From the human T2T-CHM13v2.0 reference genome, Homo sapiens, in NCBI RefSeq assembly GCF_009914755.1, contig NC_060934.1: 64,000 nt of DNA. One strand, written 5' to 3'. Positions 14,551 to 27,979 of this stretch are shown piece after piece. Below the pieces are notes generated by a model, which worked only from the letters and a program-made list of their open reading frames with translations, was not told where the DNA came from and did not search any database. How positions within the stretch are numbered: the first letter of the stretch is position 1; every line of letters begins with the position of its first letter. The position numbers and the translations under genes were made by a program.

Positions 14551-17500
14551 GCTTGGGGAAAGCTTTGTCACATGTCCCTGAGGTCTGCTCTACTCATCTT
14601 CTTCCCCTCTACTGAGACCTGTCATTGTTCTTTGTCCCAGTTAAAAGTCTGTGTTAGTGAGAATGATGCAAGGGATGTTAGGGACCCTCAGATAGTCTTT
14701 GCTCTCTTCACTTCCAACCAGTTTTTCACTCAGACGGTTTTTTCCCTATCTCCTGACTCAGGCAACCTCATCATTTTCCTCTGAAAGTAAAAATTGTCTG
14801 TGGCCAACAACTCAACCTCAGAAGAAAGCCTGAGGTTGCTTTAGTTCCACTGGTTTATTCTTTCTTTCCCGCCTTCCTCTCCTCCTTCCAATCTTGGGCA
14901 TCATTCTGCCCCCTGAGATGTTTTACTTGCTCCCCAAGACCCCCATGCAGCAGCCTTTGTCACTGCTTCAAACTTTTTCTCTTTTTTGCTCTTCTCTTTC
15001 TCAATTCCTCTCTGACTTTTTGGGGTCCAGGAATGGTCAATTACTTGGGCTGATATGGTTGGCTTTTCAAAGACCCACATAGGGGTTGCAGCACAGACCT
15101 TTTGGCCAAGCAGCCACCAGACCACCTCTCTCCCTTCTGGCTCCCAGCTTTGCAGCAAAAGGAGGCTCGTTCCCATTCAGCAGGCATGGTTTCTATCGGC
15201 AAAGATCGCTTAATCTCCTTCCTTGCTGCCATTGCTTAGAGCAGGCCCAGTTCTTTATGTCCTATGTTGAGTTTAATGTCAGAGTGCCATACATTTCTCA
15301 CTGCATTAACTTTACAACACCATCCCCTCCGCGCCCGAGCCAAGTGGGCAGGCCTTGTCTCTGTTTTATGGAAACCCAGTCACTGTATAGGAAAACCTGG
15401 CTGTTTAAAAGCTAGTTGAACATTGTATAAATTATCCATATCTCTTGCTACTGAAGGCCTCCTAAGACGATGTTGCTGGATGTCCCCTGCTGACCCCACA
15501 GACTGGCTCCTCTGGTGTCCGCTGACTTGGCCTGGTGAGAAGGGCAGGGCCAGGCCCTTCCCTGTCTCGACCTGCATTCCCACCCAACACAGCAAGCTAT
15601 TTTGAAAAAACTTCTCTATCAGTTCTTGTGAGTTATTTGTCTAATAAACAACATTGTGAAAATGAAGCATTCATGTATTTGTATATTGACAAGAGATAAC
15701 CAATTCCCTCAACAATTTTACAATTTCAAATTAGGATAACATCCTTTTTTGGAGCTCTTCAAACATCTTAGGGAACACACGCACGTATTTAAGTACCCTA
15801 AACAATTATTAAACTTAAGTTAATCGAAGTATTAACACGATAGTTTAATTCATTGGTCGCTTGGAAGCTTGTTCTCATGCCTGACTTGGGTTCTAGGAGA
15901 ATGAGAATGCACACCGATGCAGGCTGGGGTTGTCCACTGCCCGCTGCTTGTTGGGGCAGGACATGGGTACCGTCTAAGCTGATTCGAACTCTAGCCCCTG
16001 CCCACCAGGCTGAGCTCTTTTTTTTCTTTCTTTCTTTTCTTTCCTTCAGGTTGGTTTTTCACCTGTGGCTTAAACGGATAGGGAGATTTCTTTGGCCCGA
16101 GCACCTTCTGTCCTCAAAGTGGGTTGCTCATGTCAGTGGCATGAGCTCCAAAGGCACCACCTTCCCCCATGGCTGTCCCTAAGGGGGACTCTCTGCTCTG
16201 CTCTAAGGGGGAGTACTGGTGAGTGGACGCCAACAGGCCAGACCCAAGCGTGGGAACATGGCAGCCCCATGCTGAGACAGAAGCTCAGAGGTATGAGGGC
16301 GGTTGAGGACAAGGAGCTGGCCAGTACCAGAACTGGCCCTGAAACAGAGCTGAGGGCTGGGCTGAGGGGGCGAGGCCTGGCCACAGAGGCAGGTGCAGCC
16401 CCTCCAGGGTCCTTGAGACCCTTCATCCTGGCATCTGGCAAAAGCGAGTGATTATTTTTCCTGCTTATTGAGGAAAATTGCTATTTCCCTCCAGTGAGAA
16501 AGAGCAATGGGCCCGGAGGGGAGTACGGGCTTGGGGGAACTGTGCAGGGGAGGGGCTGGGCTGGGGAGCAGGAGGGAAGCAAGGCACAGAGGGATGAGGA
16601 GAGCCAAGAAGACTGGCGTTTGTGAGGCAATTAGAGCAGAGACCAGGACAAGTGCAAGGCTACGGTCACGGTGCACCAAAGAAGCCTTGAAACCATAGGC
16701 CTCGTGGCTCAGTGAGGTGCATGCAGATGGGGCCAGAATAGAAATGGGCCTGCAGGGCCTAAGAGTGAGCGTTCTCCTCCCCCAGGCCTCCGAAAGCACC
16801 CTCCAGTCTGTGGCAGCCTCCCCACCCGGAGGCCCTGTCCTCTGTCCAAACCATTCTCTTCCCAGTGCCCACCCAGCGCCTGGCTGACCAACGGTGAACA
16901 ACGAGATTCTCTGTTTCTTCTAGTCCGCTAACCTCCTGAAATGCTGCCTCTTCCAGGAATCCTGCTGGTTGCGCTAGAACATTGCTCGCTGTGGCTCTCC
17001 ACGGTGGCTCTGACCCGGGTGCAAGTTCTGCAGAGATCAATGAGGCTGCCTTGGGGTCACTGCCCCATTCAGCTAAGTGATGGACTTTCTACATCGTGCT
17101 GCCTGCGCGTTTCCCGGGCCCACGTGTCTTGGCTCACCTGGGCTGGTGGGCATCCACAGGGGCAGGCAAGCCAGTGACTGGCAGAGTCAACTTTGCCCAG
17201 TGACTGGTGCTGGCCCAGATGCTGGGAGTTGAGAGCACAGTGCAGTGCATTTGGGGCTCACCAGATGCTCTTCGGGAGCCCTAAGGGAAGCAGACTTCCC
17301 CTGGGAAAGATCTCAACTCAGAAACCCTCTCAAGGCCTGGCTCCCCACCCTAGGAAGGGAGGAAAACGATCGTTCCACCCAGAGATCAAATCGTCAAGGG
17401 GGTCATCGAAGGGATTTCACTGTGCATTGGGAATCCTTGGCACGGGAACTTCTCTGCTTCACAAAAAATCCTTGAGTGAGAGTCTCCTACATTTTATGTC

Positions 17501-17689
17501 CTCAAATCTAAACCTCAACTGGCAGATTCCGGCCAGGCTGGGGGTTAACTCAGGACTCAGAGAAACCGCTCCACCAGAGGCTCTGATGAAGGGATCAGTC
17601 AGGAATTCATAAAGTATTTATTTAACTGCCAAAAGCACCCCCACCCTCCCTTTCTTGTATGTTAGAATTGATGCAAAGTTTCCGAGACA

Positions 17690-18150
17690 AGCCTGCGATT
17701 GTGGCTGTCACCAAACAATGCCATATTTCTTTTCTTCTCTTAAATTCTAGGGATCATTCCCTGTAAGAGGGCAATTTGTCTGTCAGGCAGGCAAAACAGG
17801 GGCCGCTCCCTGCCCTCATTAAACTGACAACACGGTTATTAGCAGAAAACGAAGCCAGCCCGCCATGAAGCTAGCCACTGTTTTATGGCGAGCGCCAGGG
17901 AGATATTTTCAGTAATTAATTTGATAAATATATTAATTATGAATTGAGTTGACAGTACAATCAGATTGTCAGCCTTCCAGACAGCCTCTTGTGATAAGTA
18001 GCTCTGTGATGAAGTGGTTGGATTTCAAGCCTGTCATCCTGCAGGGCAGTCCCTTATCACCCGTCTGCCCATTCACTCTGTAATTTCCTGCGCATTGTAA
18101 TTAAATGGTAGCTTTCTGATTGGAAGTGACTCCTCAAACTTAATCTCTCT
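17690..18150. promoter_or_regulatory. Candidate developmental enhancer / conserved non-coding element
   Basis: Repeat-free and CpG-retaining; clustered TTTTATGG (17881), TAATTA (17913, 17934), TGATAA (17922), TGACAG (17950) and ACAAT-N3-ATTGT (17957-17969). Function is inferred only. Confidence 0.5.
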
Positions 18151-19189
18151 TTCTCTCTGAGCTTGGTGGGGGAGGGGTACAAAAAGCCCTTTGTTTCAGG
18201 GCATTTTTTATGTTAAGAAGCAGTTTTGCTCCCCTACTCCTTTAAATGAACCTGTCTGGTCCTGAAGGTCACAAAGGAGGAAGAAGCCTTATTTGGTGGC
18301 TTCGGAGTCTTGCGGGGGCCAAGCTACAGTGAGGGGTGGGTGACCTGGCTGGGGGCAGCCCCATGGCTTTTTCTGCTGCCCTCGGTCTCTGCCACCTTGG
18401 GAAGGTCACCGCTCCTCTCTGGGCCTGTTTCTTTGGCCAGAAAAAGAAAGAGCTGCCAAAATTATCACGCGGGTTCCCCCCAGGCCTGAAATTCCAGGCT
18501 CCTGTGGACATAGCAGCGCTGCAGCCTCCCTGGTCCTGGAGTCCTGGGGAAGGGGAGGGAAGGAGAAGCGAGCCAAGTGTCAGCTGTATTTCTCCAGGAC
18601 AGGGAGTCGTTCAGGGAGTCCCTTGCCGGCACTTTTTTTTTTTCCTTTTGATGAAATTAATTATGAACACTGCCTGGGGTCATTGGACTCCGGAGATACA
18701 TGTCAAGATAAAATATTTCAGAAACACTTATATTTAATAATTTAATACGGTGGTTCACATTTGGGTGCAACAAAGGGAATTATCGATAATTGCAAATTTT
18801 AAAGAGGCAGGTCAAAGCCCAGCAAAGTATAGGGGATCATGGGACAAAAATCAGGAAGGATGGCAGAGGATTTTGTTCAGTAAGACCCAAGGGCCTGAGG
18901 TTAGGATGAGGAGCGGGGTCATTCATGTGCTTTGTAAAGAAGTCAACTTCTGAAACCTTCTTAAGGGGCAACGCTTGGTACCTCAGCTGGAAGAAGAAAG
19001 AGAGCAAGTTGGTCTGGAGTGTTAGGAAGTCTGTGATTTGAGACTCAGAGAGGCCCAGGGCTGCACCAGGCCATACAAGAAAGATGCAAGACCCCAGACA
19101 AGCTTGACCTCCCAGCCAGCCAGTGTCCCCGGGTCTTGGGGCTTTGTGGAAAGAATAATAGCTTTGCATCAGGTAGTCCCAAATTCCAA

Positions 19190-19510
19190 ATTCAGCTGCC
19201 ACTGGCCTGATATGGCTCTGTCTCTTTGTCTGCAAAATGGGCTATTAAACTACCTGCCTCAGATTTGAAGTGAAGGTTACATGAAACAATGCACGGAAGG
19301 TACCTTCTAGAGCACTCAAATGCCATGGAAGCCAGGTATTTAGCTATTGCTTTGCAAATAATAAAATCTCCTTGAAGGTAGGCGATGCAATTACCTTTGT
19401 TTTATCGAAGAAGGGCTGAGGCACGGAGAAGTTAAGCAACTTACCCAAATTTACCCAGCTAGTTTGTGGCAAAACTGGGATTTGAACCCAAACCGCCTGG
19501 CTCCAGGGTC
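19190..19510. mobile_element. Two MIR fragments in opposite orientation
   Basis: TGTCTGCAAAATGGG...GTGAAGGTTACATGAAACAATGCA (+) followed by CTGAGGCACGGAGAAGTTAAGCAACTTACCCAA...GGATTTGAACCCA (-). Confidence 0.7.
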
Positions 19511-19889
19511 TGGGCTGCCCCTATGGGAGAAGGTGAAACTGCAGTGTGCTAGAATGGACCAGGAAACAATCCGTGGCCCATTTCACCTGGTGGGGGAAGA
19601 CATCCAAAATCCGCCCATGGCCCCCGAGGCTGCTCTGGAGAGGAGATGCTGTCACGTCCTTTGCTCTGTCTGCAGTGACAGGTGACACCCGTGCTGCCCA
19701 CTCAGAGGGCTTGCTCCTCTGGCTTTGGACTCTTGTGGATATGGAAAGGGCAGTGGCCTGGAGGTCAGGAGGCCACATTCTAGGTGACTGTGGGCAGGTT
19801 GAGCTACCTCTCTGGGCTCAGTTTCTCCTCAAGACGCTTTACGATCTGACTGGCTTAGTTCTCACCACTTCCCACGTGCCCCCCTCTAT

Positions 19890-20235
19890 CCCCCTTGTGC
19901 CTTCCTCCTAACACATTCTGCTGGAAAACTGCGGCACTTACCAAATATCCATGCACCCACTGCCTGCATTTCCCAGCATCTCCTGCAGTTAGATTGGGTC
20001 ATATGACTAGCTCTGGCCAATGGGCGATGGGAGAAAGTGACCCATGACACTTCCAGGCCATGGCAGTTGAGAGCTGTGTCCCCAGCCCCTGCCACAGAAG
20101 CCTCAAAGGCCATGACATGTTTCAGGCGGACGAGAACCACCAGATCAGACCAAGACGGAAGACCTTGCTGGGCAGAGCCACTGAGATTTGGGGATTTCTC
20201 TGTAACCGCTCCTTGCTTGAGCTTCCTTGACTGGG
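19890..20235 (+). mobile_element. MLT1 (I/J-like) MaLR LTR
   Basis: CATTTCCCAGCATCTCCTGCAGTTAG...CATATGACTAGCTCTGGCCAATGG...CACTTCCAGGCC...GCCACTGAGATTTGGGG. Confidence 0.7.
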
Positions 20236-20239
20236 TCTC

Positions 20240-20632
20240 AACAGAACTTTTGCTCATTCTCTGGGTAGCTGAGTCCATCCCTGCCTCTGGGCCTTTGTAC
20301 AGGCCATTTCCTGAATGCTTTTCCCTTCCTGCTGTTGGCAAACTCCTTCCCCCTTCAGCCCCAGCTCCCTTCTGTGCTGTGTGGCTTCTCTGGCCGACCA
20401 CGGCCAAGTTCCTCGTGCTCTTCCCAGGATTACTGCAGAGAAACATTCCTGCCCCTGGTTCATGCATAACTTCACTGGCGCTCTCTGTTATGTGCCTGTC
20501 TCCCCCAGTAATTTGGGATGTCCACAAGGGCAAGGCCCATGTCCTCTCCTTCTTCATAGCCTTAGGGCTTTACCCAGTGCTGGGTATATATCAAGTGCTC
20601 AGTTAATATTTATTGCATGAATGAATGAGTGA
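20240..20632 (+). mobile_element. L2 3' end
   Basis: GGGCCTTTGTACAGGCCATTTCC...GGGCAAGGCCCATGTC...GTGCTCAGTTAATATTTATTGCATGAATGAATGA. Confidence 0.7.
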
Positions 20633-22527
20633 ACAACTGGAGTTGGGGTCCTTGGTGGCTTTGCTCTCTGAGCCTTGCCTGCCTCCCTTGTTCCCTTGTT
20701 AGGATATTCCACATTCGTGGCTGAGCCTGTGGAGCCTGGTGTCATGAACTAGCTCCCAACAGGGTCACAGACAAATGGAATTTAGCCCTGCTCTTCAGCC
20801 AACTTAGCTTGTGGCTTTGGGAAAATCACTCGTTCAGGGTCTCTTGCTTCCTCATCTCTAAGGTACACCAAAACATCTTGCCCAGGGAGCTGCTTGGATG
20901 GGTGCTCATGCAGGATGAGGGTTCTCTGATGGTCGGGGCTGCAAGTGGGAGTAGGTTCAGTCTGTTTCTCTCCAGCAAGGTGAGCTGGGTGGTCCCATCT
21001 CTGCTCTGATTTTTTGTTCCCTCATCTTTAGAGTGAAGGTGCTGCACTCAGCCACTGGCAGCATTACTGGCAAAAGCCACTGTGGCCACAGTCTACAGCT
21101 GGGCCACATTCAAACTCAGCTTCCTTAGGAAACCCAAGCACCTTACTGAAACACTCACAGCTCTTGTCAATCACCTGGAAATCATGGGTCCCACCATGAG
21201 CAGAGGATAAAAGCCATAGCATCGAGGATCAGTGCTCAGATGCATGAGCCGGGAAGCCCCTCGTTAGGGCTCCCCCTGCTAGGTTCTAGTACATTAAAGA
21301 GTCCACCAGCACACTAAAAAAAAAAAACCTGAAAGTTATACAAGCTTTGTTTGCTGTCACTGGAGGCAAAGCCAACACATACATGGACATATCAATAATC
21401 AGGATAAAGTTTTGATGTGAAGTAAGAAAATTATCACTCGTGATAGAAATTGTTTCTATTCATGTTTCTTTCTTGAACAAATGCACGCTTGTTTTTTTTC
21501 CCCAAAGTTCCAGATTGCTGCCCTTTTCTTAACTTTTCAAAGAAAACTTAAGTACTTTGAGCACAACCAGTGTTGAATATTTTCCTTTGTCAGATACTAC
21601 TTGAATCTATATTTTAACATGTTCCCATTATATTTCAAAGAGTAGGCATGATTGCTCTTGAAAAAAACGTAAGACCAAAGACAGGGTCTTGTCTATTATC
21701 CCATCCTCCACCCCAGAAATGTTCTCATCAGAGCTAGCTGGGTGTCATTGATTAAATCCTGAATGATGAATCGTAAGCTCCTTTATTTTATACCAGAAGC
21801 GACTGGTAAGTGGACGTAAATTGATTTTGGAGAGGATGCTAAGTGATAATCCTTCCCAGGTTTCCAGTAAAGAAAATATACCTATTTGAGGGAATTTTCA
21901 ACTTGGGTTTGAACCTGCTGATGCCTTTCTGGAGTCCAAGTGGAAACTATGGCGCTTTTGTGTGCCTGTCAGACGTCTTGCTTAATGCCGAGGGAGGAAT
22001 GATAAATATGCAGAATGCTTTGATGTTAATACCAAACAGGCCTCCAAAGGAGTGGAGTTGAAGGCAGTTGACACTGTGGTTTTCATCCCTCGGCAGGGAT
22101 CGAACGGATGCTTGAAAATAAATGGCACCTGTGGAGAAAGTGCCCCATCCCTGATTATGTCATCGGAGCCTCTGGTCCCCACACCGGCTGGAGGGCCCTG
22201 GGCTCAGCACTCTGCCTGACAGGAAGATGTGAATGCGGGCAGGGGATAAAAGACAGTGACTCACTTTGTTTTATTTTGTTTGCCAGGAAGCCTTTCTGAT
22301 GAGCCCAAGCAGCCATCACTAAAAGATCCGTGTGAAATGGAGGCTAATCTTCTGCAGGCAGGGATATGAAAGGAGAGGGTCTTCTAGAAATGCAGAGACG
22401 CCTCCTCTTGACTGAGTTCCTTTCCCCATGGGACCTCAGTTTCCCCATCTGTGAAATGAGGGGGTTTTGTAGGTGATCTCTAAGATGCTGTTATTTGCCA
22501 TTAGCTAAGAAGATGAAGTGCCGTATG

Positions 22528-22656
22528 GTCCCTTATGGTGGGGATAGGCAGCTTGTGTGGGGTCAGGACTGTCCCTTACGGTGGGGATGAGCAGGTTTCG
22601 TGGGGGAAGGACTGTCCCTATGGTGGGGGTGAGCAGCTTGCATGGGGTCAGGACTG
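22528..22656 (+). repeat. Minisatellite, 3 x ~43 bp
   Basis: Units start at 22528, 22571 and 22614; consensus approximately GTCCCTTATGGTGGGGATGAGCAGCTTGYRTGGGGTCAGGACT. Confidence 0.9.
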
Positions 22657-22989
22657 GCTTCTTTGGAGGCATCTGTCTCAGCCCCCCTCAAGGTTAACCT
22701 CATTTCCTGGTGGGATTGGTGAGTGGAAAAGCCAGAGGGTGAGGAACCAGGGCCTTCTAGGATGCCAAAGACCCTGTGCAGAGGTTGTCTGCTCTGTGGG
22801 GGCTCTAGGCCTCTCTCCTTTATCCAGGGAAGCTCTTCAGCACTGGGGGAGGAGAAGGGTTTGGGGAATGGGAGGCCAGCCCAGCATTCAGGAGCCCAGA
22901 TCCTTGGTACTTACCAAACCTCTTTGTGCACCTGCCCCAAGTGCTCAACGTGACACCCAGGGCCATGCCTCTACTTGTCCTGCCTCCTG

Positions 22990-23250
22990 GTCTGGGCTGT
23001 GTTATGACTTAGGGGCCCTAGACATTTTTGTCTTCAGAAACCCTTTCTCCATAAAAAAATTAGCATTTTGTTTTACAACTGCATTGGTCTAAAGATGAAT
23101 ATAACCCAGGCTTGATGTGTTATTATGCATTCATTATTCTTATATTTCTTTCTTTCTTTGAATTTTAAGATAAATAAAAATGAAAACACTTTCATGGACC
23201 CTTAAAGGTTGTCCTGAGCCCTGTGCCTGATGAATACGTGGACTCTGCTC
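22990..23250. mobile_element. Probable old hAT (Tip100-like) DNA transposon remnant
   Basis: GC-rich ends (GGGGCCCTAGACATTTTTG...TCATGGACCCTTAAA...GAGCCCTGTGCCT) around an AT-rich core. Family uncertain. Confidence 0.35.
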
Positions 23251-23444
23251 ACCAAACTCCCTATGAAGTCCGACCCCTTTAGAAGCTGCAAACCTACCCT
23301 TCAGATTTGCATTCCCAATGACTAACCCCTGCCCAGTAAGAGGAGCAGAAGGGGATGGGAACTGTTTGCTGAGTTGTGTATATGAACTCAGCTGGGAGGG
23401 AAGCTTGGGCCATCCTGGCATCAGAGGACAGCCCAGCCCAGGCA

Positions 23445-23590
23445 GGCAGGCAGCCTGGTGCAATGGGACAGTGTGTGGCTTGGGGTCAGGAACACTTGGA
23501 CTCTCACCTCTACCACCCCCTTCCTATCTGAAGGACCTGGGCCTCAGTTTTTTAATCTGTAAAATGGGACTAATGCCACTTTGACCACAG
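23445..23590 (+). mobile_element. MIR SINE
   Basis: GGCAGCCTGGTGCAATGG...GGCCTCAGTTTTTTAATCTGTAAAATGGGACTAAT. Confidence 0.7.
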
Positions 23591-24897
23591 GTTTCCCAAG
23601 GTACATGGCACTGGATTAGTGGGAGCTCTTGTTGGAATGTCACATGTATCATGACCACAGGATTCATATTTTCCAGGAATCCTCAACATCCATTTGTTCC
23701 TATGGTCTCATAAGTGCATTCACACTTGGCGGACCACGAGGCCCAGTTCTTGCTTCAGGAATCACAAACCAGTAACTGCCCAGCTGGGTTTCATAGCAAA
23801 GATGCAGCAGGGCTATTTTTGCTTTTCTTTCTCCAACAAGAGATTTTCCAGGCAAATCAACTGGAAATGATTGTGTGAGGGAATTGAAGCTCTGGGGGCC
23901 CTTGCAGAATTCTTTCTGTTAGTTCACTGGCAACAAACTTTTTGTAAGTTGGCCAATCTTCGCCCTAAAGACACTATGCGCAACTCAGCCTTGAATCAAA
24001 CTAACGGGGAGTTCTGAAGGCTCCTGTAATTTCATGTTGAAACAATGTCTTAAATTAATATTTTCTTTAGTTCAAAAGGCTGCCTTGCCTTTGGCTGAGT
24101 GTTCCTGCTGCGGGGAACCAGGGAGTGACCCTGGCCAGAAGTCCCCACGACGTGGGGACAAAAGCCCCATGCACACATCAATAACGAAAAAATATCTCAC
24201 CCGGAGGCATTAGTCACCAAAAATGTTTTACACCAGTTGAGCACAAAAATCAATTCTGAAGTGCAGTATATCATAGTCCATAAATTACATGTGTTTGATC
24301 AAAACAGTGACAGAAAAGAGCAGAGGTGAAGACGAAGAAACTTTCCACTGAAAGAGGGGACTGCAGACCCAACCAGGCCCTTCACATTGGGGGTGGACAC
24401 CAGCAGCCTAGGGGGCCCCCAGCACATTCCACCAGGGAACACATTCCTGCCTGCACCCCTGGCCCAGAATTAACGTGAGAACAAATGGAATGGGAAGACC
24501 AAGGCGGGATGGGGCTCAGGCTTCACCCGCATGGCTTTATGCTACACAGAGAGCTCCTGCACGCAGGGCGGTCCCCAGAACCTGCTCGGCCAGTGGGCCT
24601 TGTGCTCCTACCTGGACTCAAGGTTTAATGGCAAGGAAAGGCAGCTGAGTCTCCACTACTCCTCTCCCCCAAGGCTTTCTAATGAGGGGTGCCCAGTTTT
24701 TAGACATACATTTCAGAAAGTGCAGATGCTGTTGAGTAGAACACAGCTTCCCCACATGGGAAGCCACCAGAGGTGGGGACGGTGGGCCTAGAAAGTCCCT
24801 GACACAGGCCCCAAAGCCAACTTGTTTTCTAGGTAACTAATGGCGACCCCTCCCCATGATGCTTTCCCAGGAGCAGTCTCCCCCTGCCCCCCCCCCC

Positions 24898-25192
<295 letters not shown>

Positions 25193-26896
25193 TGCCCCCA
25201 CTCTTTGTTGTCCCAAGTCAGAGGCGCTGCCGATATGGGTTCCTGGAGCCAGCACCCAGGGCTCCCCGGTCTTCCCGAGTGCCTTCTCCACCTGCCTGAT
25301 TGCTGCTCACCCCTCCCCCAGGCTCCAACAGATGCCAGGCTTGGAGGTTTGGGCAGCACACCATCTTGCCATCACCCTCCACCTCCATGGTGGCTTATTC
25401 CAGCCAGTGCAGCCCCATTCAGTGGCACTGTCACACCTGGTGAAAGCAAGAGGCAGCCCTTGCTGAGAAGCAGACCGTGTGCTGTCTCCGTGCACCAAAT
25501 ACTCTCTAGCACCTCAGTCACTGCCCAAGGGTTCATTCAATTCCAAAGCCAGAATGAGCCTTGGAGGTTGTCTAACCTGACCCATTCATTGCACAGAGGG
25601 GGAAACTGAGGCCCAACATAGGCAGTGACTATCCAGGGATCCAGCTTGAGGCAGCTCTAGGATTAGACTCAGGCAGCCTGAGTCCTCTGGCTGTTGTCCT
25701 CCCAGCGCTGTTCTCCCCTTCCCAGGGGCACATGGGCCGGTGGGGACAGCTGCTAGCTCGCCTCCTGCTGGGTGGTGGGGAGACAACCCATAACCACCCA
25801 GGATCCCATCCCTTCCTATTTTCAGCCAAAGAGATTCCAGCCTCCACAAAGGGGGTAGAGATTTCCATCTGTTGCCATTTCCCCTGAGTGCATACCCAGC
25901 TCTGTTCTGTACTGACCAGGATATTAAGAGGAGCTCAGTGAGCAATAAATAGAATGTAACCTGCTTCCTAGCCTGGGGGTCCCTTAAGTTAGGCTTCCAA
26001 TCCAAATGGTGACTAACTCTGGGCTAGGTGGAGTCTCTGTCTCATTTAAGGGGAGAGGAAATTGGGGGTTGGAAAACCCATCACACATCCCAATTTTTAG
26101 TGCAGCTGCTGCAGCCGCCAACCTAACCAGCTCAGAGCTTGACCATGCTGGGCCCCGGACACCATAAAATGTGTGGTCTCTGTCAAGTGAACTGTGGCAG
26201 AACCAAGAACTTTGCTGCCTGCGTCTCTTCACTGAATGGCATTACTCCCTGCTCCACAGGCCCCTGAAAGCCCCCAGGCCTGCCAAGGGTAGCTTTGCAT
26301 GGACAGGCACAGAGGGAGACACGTCACCCTCCCTGTGTCTTCTGTGCAAGGGCCCAGGTTGCCAGGCCTGAGCTGGAAACTGAGGCTCTGTAGAGAGCAT
26401 GACCCAGACTTTGTCTCAAGGGACCTGAATTCTCAACAGAGGAGCCTGATGGGTAAACAAGATAAGGTCTTAAAATTTGCAACTCTTCTGTGTGGCAGGT
26501 ATTTTCTTCCCATTTTATTTCTTCATCTACTCTTTCAATCAATATTTATTAGGCACCATTATGTGACACATGCTGGGCTGAATCCCAGGGATGGAGCCTC
26601 CTTCTTACCTCCCCTGTGCTCCAGCTCCACACCAAGTGCATATCTTCTGAGCCTGGCAAGCCCTCCTCTCTCCAGGCCTTCACAGCCACTGACTCCTTTT
26701 ATCGGACCACTTTTTGTCCTCCCCACCACACTTCCCCACTTGGCAATCTGCGAATCACTTTTTTGAGACCTATCTTGAAAATCCCTTCTTGTGGACTATG
26801 GTGGATGTCCTGGCAGAAGCATGCTCCCTGGCTGTCTCTCTTCTCTGAATGACATTACCCCCTGCAAGATCAAGCACTCACGGTGTTGTTTTGTGA

Positions 26897-27178
<282 letters not shown>

Positions 27179-27979
27179 GATTCTTTACTTATAAACCTGC
27201 CTCCCACTACGAGCCTGTGATGGCTGATACTGCACCTTGAGCCATCTTTGTATTCCCAACACTCAGAACAGAGCCGTGCATTCAGGAGTTTCTTTATCTA
27301 TGTGACGGTTGAATTGAATATCCTACTGCACACCAGAACCCTAAACCCTCACCTCCTTCTGCTCCAGTGTGCAACCATATGCAAATTCAGTGTGTCAATG
27401 AGATAGACATCTGCTTAAAAGTAAGATGAATGTGTGTCAGTAGGGGGCAATAAAAGTGGGGGATTGAGAAAGAAAGAGAACCCAGAGCCAAAGACCCCAC
27501 AAAACCCAGGCCCCGTGACTCTCGAGTACCTCAAATCCATGGAAGCAAAAGGTTCTGAGGGCCTCCTGGCTCTACACTTCCTGCACAGCTGAAGCCAGCT
27601 GGCGAGGTGGCAGCTCTCTCTCACCTGTCAGAATTTCAGAACCTCATTATGACAAGCACCACTTCCACCCCACGTGCTCCTGGTGTCTGCTGGAACTGCT
27701 CACTGACAGTGCTTAGGTCCAGAAGAACTCGAAAATGCTTAATTGGTTAAACGAACGAGTGACTGATTAAGGAATAAAATCCAACCTGAAACAGTTGACA
27801 AAAGTAAAATGATGACTCTGTCATGTAATGATATAGGAAGACTAATGCACAGACATCTGTGGAGCTCCAGGATTTCAGGAATGGGTCAAGCCATAGACGC
27901 CACCAAGCTCTCATTTTAAGGCCATGGAATCTAAAGTCCGGGGAGGTTGTGACATTTCCCCAAAACACATAAAGCTAAG

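Noticed and set aside
19886-20606. Longest ORFs (223 aa minus, 189 aa plus)
   Set aside because: They run through MLT1 and L2 remnants and have no recognisable domain; chance ORFs in GC-rich DNA.
22528-22656. CRISPR-like periodicity
   Set aside because: Whole units repeat with no unique spacers; it is a minisatellite.
22535-23092. 185-aa ORF with a repeated PYGG motif
   Set aside because: The repetition comes from the 43-bp minisatellite, whose unit is not a multiple of 3; there is no coding evidence.
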